Positions 50,652-62,906 are shown, numbered from the stretch's first letter. The stretch is 64,000 nt of DNA from Alphaproteobacteria bacterium (GCA_965237415.1 CBDEFM010000002.1:2112001-2176000), one strand, 5' to 3'. The notes: a model not told the origin generated them from the letters alone. A program made the numbers and translations.

Positions 50652-52319
50652 ATGAAAGCGTCCGATCTTCTGGTCAAATGCCTCGAAACCGAGGGCGTGA
50701 CACACATTTTCGGGATTCCCGGCGAAGAGAACGCCGACGTGATGATGTCGCTGATGGAGAGCGACATCGACTTCGTCCTCTGCCGCCACGAGCAGGCGGC
50801 GGCCTTCATGGCCGATGTCTACGGCCGGCTCACGGGGAAGGCCGGCGTCTGCCTCGGCACCCTCGGCCCCGGTGCCACCAACCTGGTCACCGGCGTCGCC
50901 GATGCCAACATGGACCGCGCGCCGCTGGTCTGCCTCATCGGCCAGGCCGGCACCCAGCGGCTCCATAAGGAAAGCCACCAGAACATGGACTCGGTCTCCA
51001 TGTTCCGCCCCATCACCAAGTGGGCGCAGACGGTGCACCAGCCGGACAGCATCCCCGAGATCGTGCGCAAGGCCTTTAAGGTCGCGGAAGCCGAGAAGCC
51101 CGGCGCGGTGCTGATCGAGCTGCCGGAGGACATCGCCGAGCACGAGGCGAAAGGCGAGCCGATCGCCCCCATCAAGACCCGCCGCCCCGGCGCCGACTAC
51201 AAGGCGGTGGCGCGGGCAGTGGACGCGATCGTGGGCGCCAAGAACCCGATGATCCTCGCCGGCAACGGCGCCATCCGCAAACGCGCCTCGACCCAGCTCA
51301 GGCGCCTCGCCGAACTCACCGGCATCGGCGTCGTCAACACCTTCATGGGCAAGGGCGCGGTACCCAGGGGCGACGAGCATTGTCTCTACACCGTGGGCCT
51401 GCAGGGCAAGGACCACATCATCGCCGCACTGCGCGAGGCCGACGTGATCGTCTCGGTCGGCTACGACCTGGTGGAGTACTCGCCGGCTTTCTGGAACCGC
51501 GGGGTGGAGAAGACCATCGTCCATATCGACTTCTGGCCGGCCGAAGTGGATGGCGACTACGAGGTGGAGGTCGACGTCCAGGGCGACATCGCCGATGCGC
51601 TCTGGCAGATCAACGAGGAGATCGAGCGGCGCGGCGCCGAGGGCGGCGCGAGCCTGCCGCTCTTCGATATCGGCGCGCGGCAAGCGCTCCGACATACCAT
51701 TCACGACGATCTCACCGCCGAGAAGGGCAGCAGCCACTTCCCCATGCGCCCGCAGAAGGTGCTCTACGACGTGCGCGAGGTCATGGGGCCGGGGGACGTG
51801 CTCCTCTCCGACGTGGGCGCGCACAAGATGTGGATCGCCCGCTACTACCAGTGCGACGAGCCGAACACCTGCCTCATCTCCAACGGCTTTTGCACCATGG
51901 GCTTTGCCTTCCCCGGCTCGATCGGGGCCAAGATCGCCATGCCCGACCGCCGGGTTCTTTCGATCAATGGGGACGCCGGGTTCTTCATGAACGCGCAGGA
52001 CATGGAGACCGCGGTCAGGCGCAAGGTCAACGTCGTCGCCATGATCTGGATGGACGGCGCCTACGGCCTGATCGAGTGGAAGCAGCGCAATGCCTTCGAC
52101 GGCCGGCACTTCGATCTCTCCTTCACCAACCCGGACCTGGCGCTCTGGGCCCAGTCCTACGGCGCCTGGGGCCGCACCATCGAGAAGGCGAGCGAGCTCA
52201 CCCCGGCCCTTGAGGAAGCCTTCAAGCAGCCGGGGCCGGCGGTGATCGGCGTGCCCATCGACTACGGCGAGAACATGAAGCTTTCGGCACGCCTCGGGAA
52301 GATCGAATACCCGATCTGA
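50652..52319 (+). CDS. Acetolactate synthase large subunit-like TPP enzyme
   Basis: FGIPGEEN, RHEQ, GPGATN, GDAG. Confidence 0.92.
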   Translation: MKASDLLVKCLETEGVTHIFGIPGEENADVMMSLMESDIDFVLCRHEQAAAFMADVYGRLTGKAGVCLGTLGPGATNLVTGVADANMDRAPLVCLIGQAGTQRLHKESHQNMDSVSMFRPITKWAQTVHQPDSIPEIVRKAFKVAEAEKPGAVLIELPEDIAEHEAKGEPIAPIKTRRPGADYKAVARAVDAIVGAKNPMILAGNGAIRKRASTQLRRLAELTGIGVVNTFMGKGAVPRGDEHCLYTVGLQGKDHIIAALREADVIVSVGYDLVEYSPAFWNRGVEKTIVHIDFWPAEVDGDYEVEVDVQGDIADALWQINEEIERRGAEGGASLPLFDIGARQALRHTIHDDLTAEKGSSHFPMRPQKVLYDVREVMGPGDVLLSDVGAHKMWIARYYQCDEPNTCLISNGFCTMGFAFPGSIGAKIAMPDRRVLSINGDAGFFMNAQDMETAVRRKVNVVAMIWMDGAYGLIEWKQRNAFDGRHFDLSFTNPDLALWAQSYGAWGRTIEKASELTPALEEAFKQPGPAVIGVPIDYGENMKLSARLGKIEYPI

Positions 52320-52414
52320 TCCTTCTCCCCTTGGCCGAAAAGCGCCCGCCCGCGTTGACTTGAGGAGCCCGCGAACGGATAGTGCGCGCTTCCCAAATTC
52401 AAGGAGGCGCTGCC

Positions 52415-53584
52415 GTGTCCACCTCATTGATGGCCAACTATGCCCGCATCGGGCTTACCTTCGAGCGGGGCGAGGGGTCGCACCTCTACACGGCCGACGG
52501 CGAGCGCTATCTGGATTTCGGCTGCGGCATCGGCGTGACCAGCCTCGGCCACGCGCATCCGCATGTCGTCGCCGCGCTCGAGGCCCAGAGCAGGCAGCTC
52601 TGGCACGTTTCGAACCTCTACGAGATTCCGCCGCAGGCGCGCCTTGCCGAGCGCCTCACCGCCGCAACCTTTGCCGACCGTGTGCTCTTCTGCAATTCCG
52701 GCGCTGAGGCGATGGAATGCGCGCTCAAGCTCGCGCGCATCTACCAGACGAGCCGGGGCGCGCCCGAGCGCTACCGCGCGGTTACCTTCCGCAACGCCTT
52801 CCACGGGCGGACGTTGGCCACCATCGCGGCGGGCGGGCAGGCCAAGCACCTCAAGGGCTTCGAGCCGGCCATCGATGCCTTCGACCAAGTGGACTTGGGC
52901 GATCTGGATGCGACCCGGGCCGCCATCGGCGACGAGACGGCAGCGCTGCTGGTCGAGCCGGTCCAGGGCGAGGGCGGTGTCTTTCCGGCCAGCGATGACT
53001 TCCTGCGGGGCTTACGCGCGGTCTGTGACGAGGCCGGCCTCGTGCTCATCTTCGACGAGGTGCAGTGCGGCGTGGGGCGCACCGGGCGGCTCTTCGCCCA
53101 TGAGTGGGCGGGCGTCACGCCCGACATCATGGCGGTTGCCAAGGCGCTCGGAAACGGCTTCCCCATCGGTGCCTGCCTCGCGCGGGAGGAGGTCGCGGCC
53201 GCCATGGTCCCCGGCAGTCACGGCACCACCTTCGGCGGCAATCCGCTGGCCTCTGCGGTCGGCAACGCCGTGCTCGAGGTGGTGCTCGGCGATGGCTTCC
53301 TCGACAAGGTGCAGGAGATGGGAACGCTGCTCACCGAGCGCCTCACCGCGCTCGCCGGCAACAAGAGCGTCTACACCGGCGTGCGCGGGCGCGGGCTGAT
53401 GCTGGGCCTGGAGTGCGTCATACCCAACATTGAGCTTCTCACCGCGCTGCGCGAGAACAAGCTGCTGGCGCTGCCGGCGGACGGCAATGTGCTCCGCATG
53501 CTTCCCCCCCTCACCATCGGCGAGGCCGAGGTCGACGAGGCCTGCGACGCGCTGGAACGGGCCTTGGGCCAGGTGGCTACGTGA
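52415..53584 (+). CDS. argD: Acetylornithine aminotransferase
   Basis: NSGAEA, FHGRT, DEVQCG, AKALG, HGTTFGGNP. Confidence 0.93.
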   Translation: MSTSLMANYARIGLTFERGEGSHLYTADGERYLDFGCGIGVTSLGHAHPHVVAALEAQSRQLWHVSNLYEIPPQARLAERLTAATFADRVLFCNSGAEAMECALKLARIYQTSRGAPERYRAVTFRNAFHGRTLATIAAGGQAKHLKGFEPAIDAFDQVDLGDLDATRAAIGDETAALLVEPVQGEGGVFPASDDFLRGLRAVCDEAGLVLIFDEVQCGVGRTGRLFAHEWAGVTPDIMAVAKALGNGFPIGACLAREEVAAAMVPGSHGTTFGGNPLASAVGNAVLEVVLGDGFLDKVQEMGTLLTERLTALAGNKSVYTGVRGRGLMLGLECVIPNIELLTALRENKLLALPADGNVLRMLPPLTIGEAEVDEACDALERALGQVAT

Positions 53585-54486
53585 CCGCACCGCGCCACTT
53601 CCTCGACTTCGACGGGATCGACGCCGCCACGCTGCGCGCGACCATCGACCGCGCACGCACGCTCAAGGGGCGGAACGGCGCCGCGCCGCTCGCTGGCAAG
53701 ACCCTTGCCGCGATCTTCGAGAGCCCATCGACGCGGACGCGGGTCTCGTTCGAGGTCGCCATGGACGAGCTCGGCGGCAAAACCATCGCCATGACGGCGT
53801 CTGACATGCAGCTCGGCCGCGGCGAGACCATCGAGGACACCGCGCGCGTACTTTCGCGCTATGTCGATGCCATCGCGCTCCGCACACGCTCCCACGAGAC
53901 CCTGATGGCGCTGGCCGAGGGCGCGAGCGTGCCGGTCATCAACGCGCTCTCCGACCGCAGCCACCCCTGCCAGCTCGTGGCCGACGTGATGACCTATGAG
54001 GAGCACCGCGGCCCCATCGCCGGGCGCACGGTCGCCTGGCTCGGCGATGGCAACAACATGGCCGCGACCTGGGTGCAGACGGCCGCGCTCTGCGGCTTCA
54101 GCCTGCGCCTCGCCTGCGCGCCCGGCTTCCCGCCGGAGCCCGCAATCGTCGCCTGGGCCAAGGAGCGGGGCGCGGACGTTGAGGTGGGCACCGACGTGGC
54201 CAGCGCGGTCGCAGGCGTCGATTGCGTGGTGACCGACAGCTGGGTCTCGCTGCATGACGACCCTGCGCGCAAGGGGGACGTCCTGTTCGAGCCCTATCGG
54301 GTGGACGAAGCCGTCATGGCGATGGCGTCGCCCGATGCGATCTTCATGCACTGCCTGCCGGCGAAGCGCGGCTGCGAGGTGACCGACGCGGTGCTCGACG
54401 GCCCGCAATCGGTGGTGCTCGACGAGGCGGCCAACCGCGTGCCCGCCCAGAAGGCGATCCTGCTCTGGTGCCTCGGCGGCGGCTGA
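53581..54486 (+). CDS. argF: Ornithine carbamoyltransferase
   Basis: STRT, HPCQ, HCLP. Confidence 0.93.
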   Translation: MTAPRHFLDFDGIDAATLRATIDRARTLKGRNGAAPLAGKTLAAIFESPSTRTRVSFEVAMDELGGKTIAMTASDMQLGRGETIEDTARVLSRYVDAIALRTRSHETLMALAEGASVPVINALSDRSHPCQLVADVMTYEEHRGPIAGRTVAWLGDGNNMAATWVQTAALCGFSLRLACAPGFPPEPAIVAWAKERGADVEVGTDVASAVAGVDCVVTDSWVSLHDDPARKGDVLFEPYRVDEAVMAMASPDAIFMHCLPAKRGCEVTDAVLDGPQSVVLDEAANRVPAQKAILLWCLGGG

Positions 54487-54599
54487 CGCTCTCCGCCCTC
54501 ACCCCGGCCACCCCGGCCACCGAACTAAGTCCCGGCGCCTTCCAAAGGCATCGCCTGCCGTCGGTTGCCGCGGGAGCAACGGTGACTGTCTGCGGGGGA

Positions 54600-54632
54600 C
54601 ATGGATGCCCGGAACAAGTCCGTGAGTGACGC
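54600..54632. repeat. REP/RPE-like palindromic unit
   Basis: ATGGATGCCCGGAACAAGTCCGTGAGTGAC resembles alphaproteobacterial REP units. Confidence 0.45.
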
Positions 54633-54788
54633 GGAAATGGGCAAGCAGGGGGGTTCGTCATGCCCTGTCGCCGATTCGCCGATCGATCCATGCCGACCAA
54701 TCTCGAAAAATGTCGTTGACACTTTAGTTTCTTTGTCACATAGTGACTTATAAACATATTCACATCGTCGTGGTTGAGGAATAGAAGC

Positions 54789-55364
54789 GTGCCGACAATC
54801 CGCATTTCGGACGAATCCATGCACCGCCTCAAGGCGTGGGCGGAGCCGCTCGTGGACACGGCGGACTCGGCCCTTGCAAAGGCTTTGGATGCCGCCGAAC
54901 GCTATCGGGAGACGCCCGACCCGACGGAATCTGGTCCCGTCTCACGGTCAGGGCCAGACGGTGAGCCCTCTCCGGAACTGCCGGAGGGGGAGTTTCGAGA
55001 GCCCCTCCTCGAAGTCATCTATGAGCGGGGCGGTAGCGCCCGGGGGCGCGATCTATACCCGGCTCTGAGGGAGCGTATGAAGCGCTATCTGACGCCCGGC
55101 GAGTTCGACCGCGCCAAGTCGGGCGATGAGAGATGGAGAAGTACCGTGAAGTTGGCCCGCGAACACTTGGTTCAAGAGGGATATCTCCGCGAAGACTCGC
55201 CGCGCGGCGTCTGGGCCCTGTCCAACGAAGGCGTCGCGCTGGTCGAGAGCCGGCGTGCGGTATCCTCGGGGAGCTTCGTGGATCACCTCCTGGCGTTCCC
55301 GGAGGTCGGCGACGATTCCGACTTCGATCAGCCGCGCTCCGGGCCGCGGCCGCTCGACCTGTGA
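54789..55364 (+). CDS. Antitoxin-like protein with Mrr N-terminal-type winged helix
   Basis: PLLEVI..GG, ERW......AR..L...GYL...PRGVW.L; acidic C-tail; GTGA-coupled to the PIN gene. Confidence 0.7.
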   Translation: MPTIRISDESMHRLKAWAEPLVDTADSALAKALDAAERYRETPDPTESGPVSRSGPDGEPSPELPEGEFREPLLEVIYERGGSARGRDLYPALRERMKRYLTPGEFDRAKSGDERWRSTVKLAREHLVQEGYLREDSPRGVWALSNEGVALVESRRAVSSGSFVDHLLAFPEVGDDSDFDQPRSGPRPLDL

Positions 55365-55789
55365 GCTATCTCGTCGATACCAATGTGGTCTCCGAACTGC
55401 GGAAGAGGCGCCGCGCCAACCAAAGCGTCGTCGCCTGGTTCGAGGAGCGCGAGCCGGAGGAGCTCTATCTCAGCGTACTGGTGATCGGGGAGCTTCGGCG
55501 CGGCGCCTCCCGCATCCGCCGCCGCGACCCGACCGCCGCAGACTCGCTCGACCGGTGGGTGACACAGATCGGCGAGCGATTCGGCAACCGCGTGCTCGCC
55601 GTGGATCAGGCCGTCGCTGAACGATGGGGCGAGATCACCGCACAGCCGACGGTGCCGGACGTGGACGGCCTTATCGCCGCCACGGCGCTCGTGCACGATC
55701 TCGTCGTCGTGACGCGGAACGTGCGCCATATCGCGCCGACCGGCGCCCGCTGCCTCGATCCGTTCGGCGGAACCGTCGGGATTTGCTAG
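55361..55789 (+). CDS. VapC/PIN toxin
   Basis: YLVDTNVVSE, GEL..G, DGLIAATA, VTRN. Confidence 0.9.
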   Translation: MSYLVDTNVVSELRKRRRANQSVVAWFEEREPEELYLSVLVIGELRRGASRIRRRDPTAADSLDRWVTQIGERFGNRVLAVDQAVAERWGEITAQPTVPDVDGLIAATALVHDLVVVTRNVRHIAPTGARCLDPFGGTVGIC

Positions 55790-55794
55790 TCTAG

Positions 55795-57291
<1,497 letters not shown>

Positions 57292-57348
57292 GGTACGATA
57301 GGGTACGCGGAACAAGAGACGATCGGACACGGCAGGGGAGGCCGAGCG

Positions 57349-57888
57349 ATGAGCAACGACATCATCACGGTGGACGAGTTCGAGAAGACGCGTGTCGCGC
57401 GCTTCGACCAGCTGGAAGGCAGCCGGCTTCCCATGCTGGACGCGGTGATCCCCGGTTGCGAGCGCGAGATCTACCAGATCATCGGCCGCGGCGTCGGCGA
57501 GGACGCGACTCAGAAGGCCGCGATCACCGACAACCGAGATTTCAACGTCGGCGTGGTGCGTTGCGCCCCCGGCAAGGGCACGCTGCACCACGATCACGAG
57601 ACCAACGAGGTCTTCATGCCGCTCAAGGGCCGCTGGAAGATTTTCTGGGGCGACGACGAGGAGAGCCGCTACGTTCTCCTCGATCCCTGGGACGTGGCCT
57701 CCTGCCCACCCCACGTGATGCGGGGCTTCCGCAACGTGGGCGACGAGGAAGGCTTGCTCTTCGTCATCGTCGGCGCCACCGACCCCGGCCGCGTGCAATG
57801 GCGCGACGACGTGCTGGCCGAAGCCGAGCGCCGCGGCCACAAGCTGACCGAGAACGGCATCGAACGGGTGCCGGCAGCAGCCGAGTAG
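57349..57888 (+). CDS. Cupin domain protein
   Basis: HHDHETNEVF, PPHVMRGFRN. Confidence 0.82.
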   Translation: MSNDIITVDEFEKTRVARFDQLEGSRLPMLDAVIPGCEREIYQIIGRGVGEDATQKAAITDNRDFNVGVVRCAPGKGTLHHDHETNEVFMPLKGRWKIFWGDDEESRYVLLDPWDVASCPPHVMRGFRNVGDEEGLLFVIVGATDPGRVQWRDDVLAEAERRGHKLTENGIERVPAAAE

Positions 57889-58033
57889 TCTCGCCGGGCA
57901 ACGCCCCGCGGAGGCGGCATTTTTTCGCTCACGGCAGCCGGCCTGCGGCCGGCGCCTCCGCGAGGGCGCCGCATAAGCGGCGGGCCGCGGTCGCGGCCTG
58001 TCGCGAGTCCGTCAGAAACGGACTCGCTCTAGC

Positions 58034-59482
58034 TTACGAGACGAGCGCCGGCCAGCGGTCGCGCCAGGGGCGGGCAGCCTCGAAGGCGGCAGCGGCCTTG
58101 AGCACCGTCGCATCGTCCAGATGGCGGCCCACGATCTGCAGCCCGACCGGGAGGCCGTCCGCTGTCCAGCCTGCCGGCACGCTCGCCGCCGGCTGGCCCG
58201 TCATGTTCATGGGGAAGGTGAAGGCGAGCCAGGCGAAGGGCGGCACCAGGCGCCCCTCGATGATCTCCGGCCCCTGCATGTAGAGGCCGAAGGGCGGGCA
58301 CGCGAGCGTCGGCGTGAGCAGCAGGTCGTAGCCCCGCATGAAGCGCCACATCTTGTTCACGACCGCCTTCCGCCCGATCACCGCGTCGGTGAGGTCCTCC
58401 GCTGTCCACGGCCGGGTGATGAAATCCACCAGATGGGGCGTCATCCGTGAGCCGTGTTCGGCCACCAGCCGGCGCATCCCGGCGAGGTCGGTCTCCGCCG
58501 CCACCAGACCCCAGAAGGTGAGATAGGGGTCGTCCCAGCCGGGGTCGGCCTCCTCGACCGTGCAGCCGAGCTCGCTCTCGAACACCTTGACTGCATCGCC
58601 CACGATCTGGCGCACCTCGGGGTCGACGGCGGCATAGCCCCAGTCCGCGCTGTAGGCCACGCGCAAGCCCCTGAGGTCGCCGCCGGCAGTCGCGCTTCCG
58701 AGCCAGTCGACGTCGCCGGCGGGCAGCGAGTGGCGGTCGCGATCGTCCGGGCCGGCCATGACCGAGAGCATGAGCGCTGAATCCGCCACGGTCCGCGTCA
58801 TCGGGCCGATATGCTCGATCCCCTCCCAACTGGAGACGCCGGGGTAGCGCTCGTCGCGACAACCGGGATAGAGCGGCACCCGCCCCATCGACGCCTTGAC
58901 CCCCACGAGCCCGCAGAAGGACGACGGAATCCGCACCGAGCCGCCGCCGTCGCTGCCGACCGCGAGCGGCCCGACGCCAGCCGCCACCGCGGCGCCCGAG
59001 CCCGCGCTGGAACCGCCGGGGGAGCGTTCCGGGTTCCAGGGGTTGCGCGTCGCCTCGAACACGGCGTTGTGGCTCGCGCCGCTGTAGCCGAACTCCGGCA
59101 CGTTGGTCTTGCCGAGGATGACGGCGCCGGCCGCCTTCAGGCGCTCGACCGCGACGTCGTCCTCCTCCGGCAAGAAACCCTCGTAGGCGATGGAGCCCGA
59201 GACGGTCGGCAGGTCCTTGGTGCAGACGAGGTCCTTGATGCCGACCGGCACACCCGCGAGCGGCCCCGGGTCCTCGCCCGCCTGGACGCGGGCATCCACC
59301 TGCCGGGCGGCGGCGCGGGCATAGTCGGGCGCAGGCGTGCAGAAGGCGTGCAGGTGAGGCTCCACCTCTTCCATGTGGGCGATCACCGCGTCCGCGACCT
59401 CGATTGCCGAGAGCTCCTTAGCCCGCACCCGCGCCGCCAGCGTGACGGCGTCCATGCGGCAGATTTCGCTTGCTCGCGGCAT
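58034..59482 (-). CDS. Amidase signature family enzyme
   Basis: IKD, GKTN, GGSSAGS, SDGGGSVRIP. Confidence 0.92.
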   Translation of the reverse strand: MPRASEICRMDAVTLAARVRAKELSAIEVADAVIAHMEEVEPHLHAFCTPAPDYARAAARQVDARVQAGEDPGPLAGVPVGIKDLVCTKDLPTVSGSIAYEGFLPEEDDVAVERLKAAGAVILGKTNVPEFGYSGASHNAVFEATRNPWNPERSPGGSSAGSGAAVAAGVGPLAVGSDGGGSVRIPSSFCGLVGVKASMGRVPLYPGCRDERYPGVSSWEGIEHIGPMTRTVADSALMLSVMAGPDDRDRHSLPAGDVDWLGSATAGGDLRGLRVAYSADWGYAAVDPEVRQIVGDAVKVFESELGCTVEEADPGWDDPYLTFWGLVAAETDLAGMRRLVAEHGSRMTPHLVDFITRPWTAEDLTDAVIGRKAVVNKMWRFMRGYDLLLTPTLACPPFGLYMQGPEIIEGRLVPPFAWLAFTFPMNMTGQPAASVPAGWTADGLPVGLQIVGRHLDDATVLKAAAAFEAARPWRDRWPALVS

Positions 59483-59790
59483 GCGACTCCCTCCCCCTCG
59501 GATTGAACCCCTGGGCCCGGCGCCTCGGTCTTGCGATGGGCTTGGCCCTGGGGCGTGGCAGTAAGGATTTGTGTGGCCCGGCAATGCACGAAAGGCAACC
59601 CTGCGCCGCCCTCCCCGCCTGCGGCACCAGGCCCTTACGCATGCAGAGAGCAGGGTCGAGCCGACGGGTGCGCACCGCGCGCCGGGGCGCGACCTGCACC
59701 GCGCGCCGGGGCGCGACCTTCACCTTTCGGGCCGGATGTGATATAAGACCACAGAGGCAAAAAAACCAATGTTTTTGGGGAGATACCAGA

Positions 59791-61188
59791 GTGAGCGTTC
59801 ACGCGATCCCGCGGACAACGGTCCTGCGAGACTGGCCGAGCGCGAACCGTCCGCGTGATCAAAAGGAGTCCGCGCGACCGAGCACCAAGTTTCAGGCGCT
59901 AACACGGAGAAATCTCGATTCGATTTCCCAATATGGGAACGTGACTGGCGACGATCTGTTTGCCATGAAGGTCGTCAGCGCCGTGCTGCCGTTCCGGACC
60001 AACCGCTACGTGATCGAGCGCCTGATCGATTGGGACCGGGTGCCGGACGATCCGGTCTACAAGCTGGTGTTCCCGCAACGGGGCATGCTGGACGACGGCG
60101 ACTTCCGCCGAATCGCCGACCTCATGGTGCAGGGTGCCACGCCGCAGGAGATCGAGCGCGCTGCCGCCGACATCCGCAGCAAGCTCAATCCGCATCCGGC
60201 CGGGCAGCAGGAGCTCAACATTCCCCGTGAAGAAGGCGAGACTTTCGAAGGACTCCAGCACAAATATCGCGAAACCATTCTGTTCTTCCCGAGCCAGGGC
60301 CAGACCTGCCACGCTTACTGCACGTTCTGCTTCCGCTGGGCGCAATTCGTTGGCGAGAAGGAGCTGAAGATCTCGACCAAGGATGCGGTCGGCCTGCACC
60401 GTTACCTCGCCGACCATCCCAAAATCTCGGACGTTCTGTTCACGGGCGGCGACCCGATGATCATGAAGACCCGGGTGCTGGAGAGCTACTTGCGGCCCTT
60501 CGCCGAGGATCCGGCGCTGGCCCATGTGCAGAACATCCGGATCGGCACCAAGGCGCTCACCTTCTGGCCGCATCGCTTCGTCAATGACGCGGATGCGGAC
60601 GATCTGCTGCGCCTGCTGGCGGACCTCGTCCGCGCGGGCCGGCACGTCGCGGTCATGGCCCACTTCAACCATTGGCAGGAGATGCGGACCGACGTGGTGC
60701 AGGACGCGATCCGCCGCATCCGCGATACCGGCGCGGTCATCCGCAGCCAGGCGCCGCTGCTCGCCCACATCAATAACGATCCCGCCATCTGGGCGCGGAT
60801 GTGGCGCGAGCAGGTGCGCCTCGGCGTCATCCCCTACTACATGTTCGTGGAGCGGGATACCGGGCCGAGGCACTATTTCGAAGTGCCGCTGGTGCGCTGC
60901 TGGGAGGTCTTCAGGAGCGCGACCCAGCAGGTCTCGGGCCTGGGCCGCACGGTCCGGGGGCCGAGCATGAGTGCCACGCCCGGCAAGGTCGAGGTGCTGG
61001 GCGTGCAGGAGATCGCGGGCGAAAAGGTGTTCGTGCTGCGCTTCCTGCAAGGCCGCGACCCCGACTGGGTCGGCCAGCCCTTCTTCGCGCGCTTCGATCC
61101 GAAGGCCACCTGGCTCGACCAGCTGGAACCGGCTTTCGGCGAGGACTCGTTCTTCTTCGAAGACGGCCTCCGGGCGCTGACCGCATAG
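59791..61188 (+). CDS. KamA-like radical SAM (lysine 2,3-aminomutase-like)
   Basis: HKY.ET.L, CHAYCTFC, TGGDP, PYY, PGK; start uncertain. Confidence 0.88.
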   Translation: MSVHAIPRTTVLRDWPSANRPRDQKESARPSTKFQALTRRNLDSISQYGNVTGDDLFAMKVVSAVLPFRTNRYVIERLIDWDRVPDDPVYKLVFPQRGMLDDGDFRRIADLMVQGATPQEIERAAADIRSKLNPHPAGQQELNIPREEGETFEGLQHKYRETILFFPSQGQTCHAYCTFCFRWAQFVGEKELKISTKDAVGLHRYLADHPKISDVLFTGGDPMIMKTRVLESYLRPFAEDPALAHVQNIRIGTKALTFWPHRFVNDADADDLLRLLADLVRAGRHVAVMAHFNHWQEMRTDVVQDAIRRIRDTGAVIRSQAPLLAHINNDPAIWARMWREQVRLGVIPYYMFVERDTGPRHYFEVPLVRCWEVFRSATQQVSGLGRTVRGPSMSATPGKVEVLGVQEIAGEKVFVLRFLQGRDPDWVGQPFFARFDPKATWLDQLEPAFGEDSFFFEDGLRALTA

Positions 61189-61378
61189 CGCAGGCGCCGG
61201 GGGCCCACCCTCGGCCGGCGGCGGGGCACCGCTCTGCGGCGCGCCCGTAATCCATTCCCACGACCGGCGCGTCGTTGCGGAATCCGCGACCCTGCGCCAT
61301 CCTCGGCCTGTTGTGGGCGAGTCGGCATACGCCGGCTGCTATGTTTGTGCTGCGGGCCGTGTGGGGGGAAGCCGCTCG

Positions 61379-62272
61379 ATGTTGCGCATCGTCCTCGAGA
61401 ACAACCTGAAGATTCTGCCCACGCTTGGCACGGGCAGCATCGACCTGATCTATATCGACCCGCCCTTCAACACCGGAAAGACGCAAAAGCGGGTCGCGAT
61501 CCAGACGGAGCGGGATGCGGACGGCGACAGGACCGGCTTCCAAGGCCAGCGCTATCGCACGACCACGCTCGGTGCCACCAGCTATGCTGACCGCTTTGAC
61601 GACTACCTGGCTTTCCTCGAGCCGCGCCTTGCGGAGGCCCACAGGGTGCTCGCCGATTCAGGCTCGCTCTTCTTCCACATCGACTACCGCGAGGCACACT
61701 ACTGCAAGGTGATGCTGGACGGCATCTTCGGGCGCGAGAGCTTCATCAACGAGATTATCTGGGCCTACGACTATGGTGGGCGGCCCAAGAACCGCTGGCC
61801 GGCCAAGCACGACACCATCCTCTGGTACGCCAAGGACCCGGCAACTTACACCTTCCATTTCGATGCGATGGACCGCATCCCTTACATGGCGCCGGCGCTG
61901 GTAGGGGCAGAAAAGGCCTCGCGCGGCAAGACGCCGACGGATGTCTGGTGGCACACCATCGTGCCCACCAACTCGAAGGAGAAAACCGGCTACGCCACCC
62001 AGAAGCCCCTCGGGCTTCTGGAGCGTATCGTCAAGGTCCATTCCTCGCCTGAGGACACGCTGATGGATTTCTTCGCGGGCTCCGGCACCTTCGGTGAAGC
62101 TGCCGCCAAGCACGGCCGCTCGTGTCTCCTCATCGACAACAACCCCGAGGCAGCGCGCGTCATGGCACGTCGCCTCGCTCGCTTCGCCCCCTGCCTGGAG
62201 GGCTTTGAGCCGGACTTCGACCAACCCGTCGAACCGCAAAGTCAGCTATCGTTTGGAGGCGATTTTGCCTAG
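61379..62272 (+). CDS. DNA N4/N6-methyltransferase (beta class)
   Basis: DPPF before TQKP and DFFAGSGT. Confidence 0.92.
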   Translation: MLRIVLENNLKILPTLGTGSIDLIYIDPPFNTGKTQKRVAIQTERDADGDRTGFQGQRYRTTTLGATSYADRFDDYLAFLEPRLAEAHRVLADSGSLFFHIDYREAHYCKVMLDGIFGRESFINEIIWAYDYGGRPKNRWPAKHDTILWYAKDPATYTFHFDAMDRIPYMAPALVGAEKASRGKTPTDVWWHTIVPTNSKEKTGYATQKPLGLLERIVKVHSSPEDTLMDFFAGSGTFGEAAAKHGRSCLLIDNNPEAARVMARRLARFAPCLEGFEPDFDQPVEPQSQLSFGGDFA

Positions 62273-62828
62273 ATCGCGGGAGATAACCGACCCGGATGTT
62301 AGGCTCCTGGCGGGCCTTGCCGCAACGCTTGAGGCTGACTACGGAGACGACTCTTTGGATTGGGAAGGCAGTCCTTTCGCATGGATTAAGTCGCGCCCTT
62401 CAAGACAGGTTGGTGCGATAGGAGAGCGGCTAGTTGCCGGATGGCTCGCGGCCCGGGATTTCGCAGTCGGGCCCGCCGGCGACAACGAGGCTGACCGCAT
62501 TGTGAACAACAAGCGTGTTGAGGTAAAGTTTTCAACGCTATGGGCGGGGGGACACTATAAATTTCAACAAATAAGGAACCAGAGATACGATCTATTGATT
62601 TACTTAGGTGTAAGTCCTTTTGATGCGCACTCTTGGGTGTTTACAAAGGACTTCCTGCTCGATGGCTGGGGTAATCTTCAGGGGTTCAGTCCACAACACG
62701 GCGGACGTGCAGGCATAGATACAGCATGGATCCAAGTGGATCCAGCGGCGCCCCAACCGTGGATCATACCGCACGGTGGGACGCTGCGAGACTCGATCAA
62801 TACGCTAGCTCAACTGCTGTCGAGGTAA
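62265..62828 (+). CDS. Putative type II restriction endonuclease (PD-(D/E)xK)
   Basis: G..GE, EADR...VEVK, FQQIR; overlaps the MTase; lower GC; TTG start after GGAGG. Confidence 0.7.
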   Translation: MPRSREITDPDVRLLAGLAATLEADYGDDSLDWEGSPFAWIKSRPSRQVGAIGERLVAGWLAARDFAVGPAGDNEADRIVNNKRVEVKFSTLWAGGHYKFQQIRNQRYDLLIYLGVSPFDAHSWVFTKDFLLDGWGNLQGFSPQHGGRAGIDTAWIQVDPAAPQPWIIPHGGTLRDSINTLAQLLSR

Positions 62829-62906
62829 ATCTCAGCTGCGCGGCCAACGAGTCGGCTTTGTTCGGCAACGGCAATCTGCTTGCGTTCACGAGCATGTCGA
62901 GCGTGG

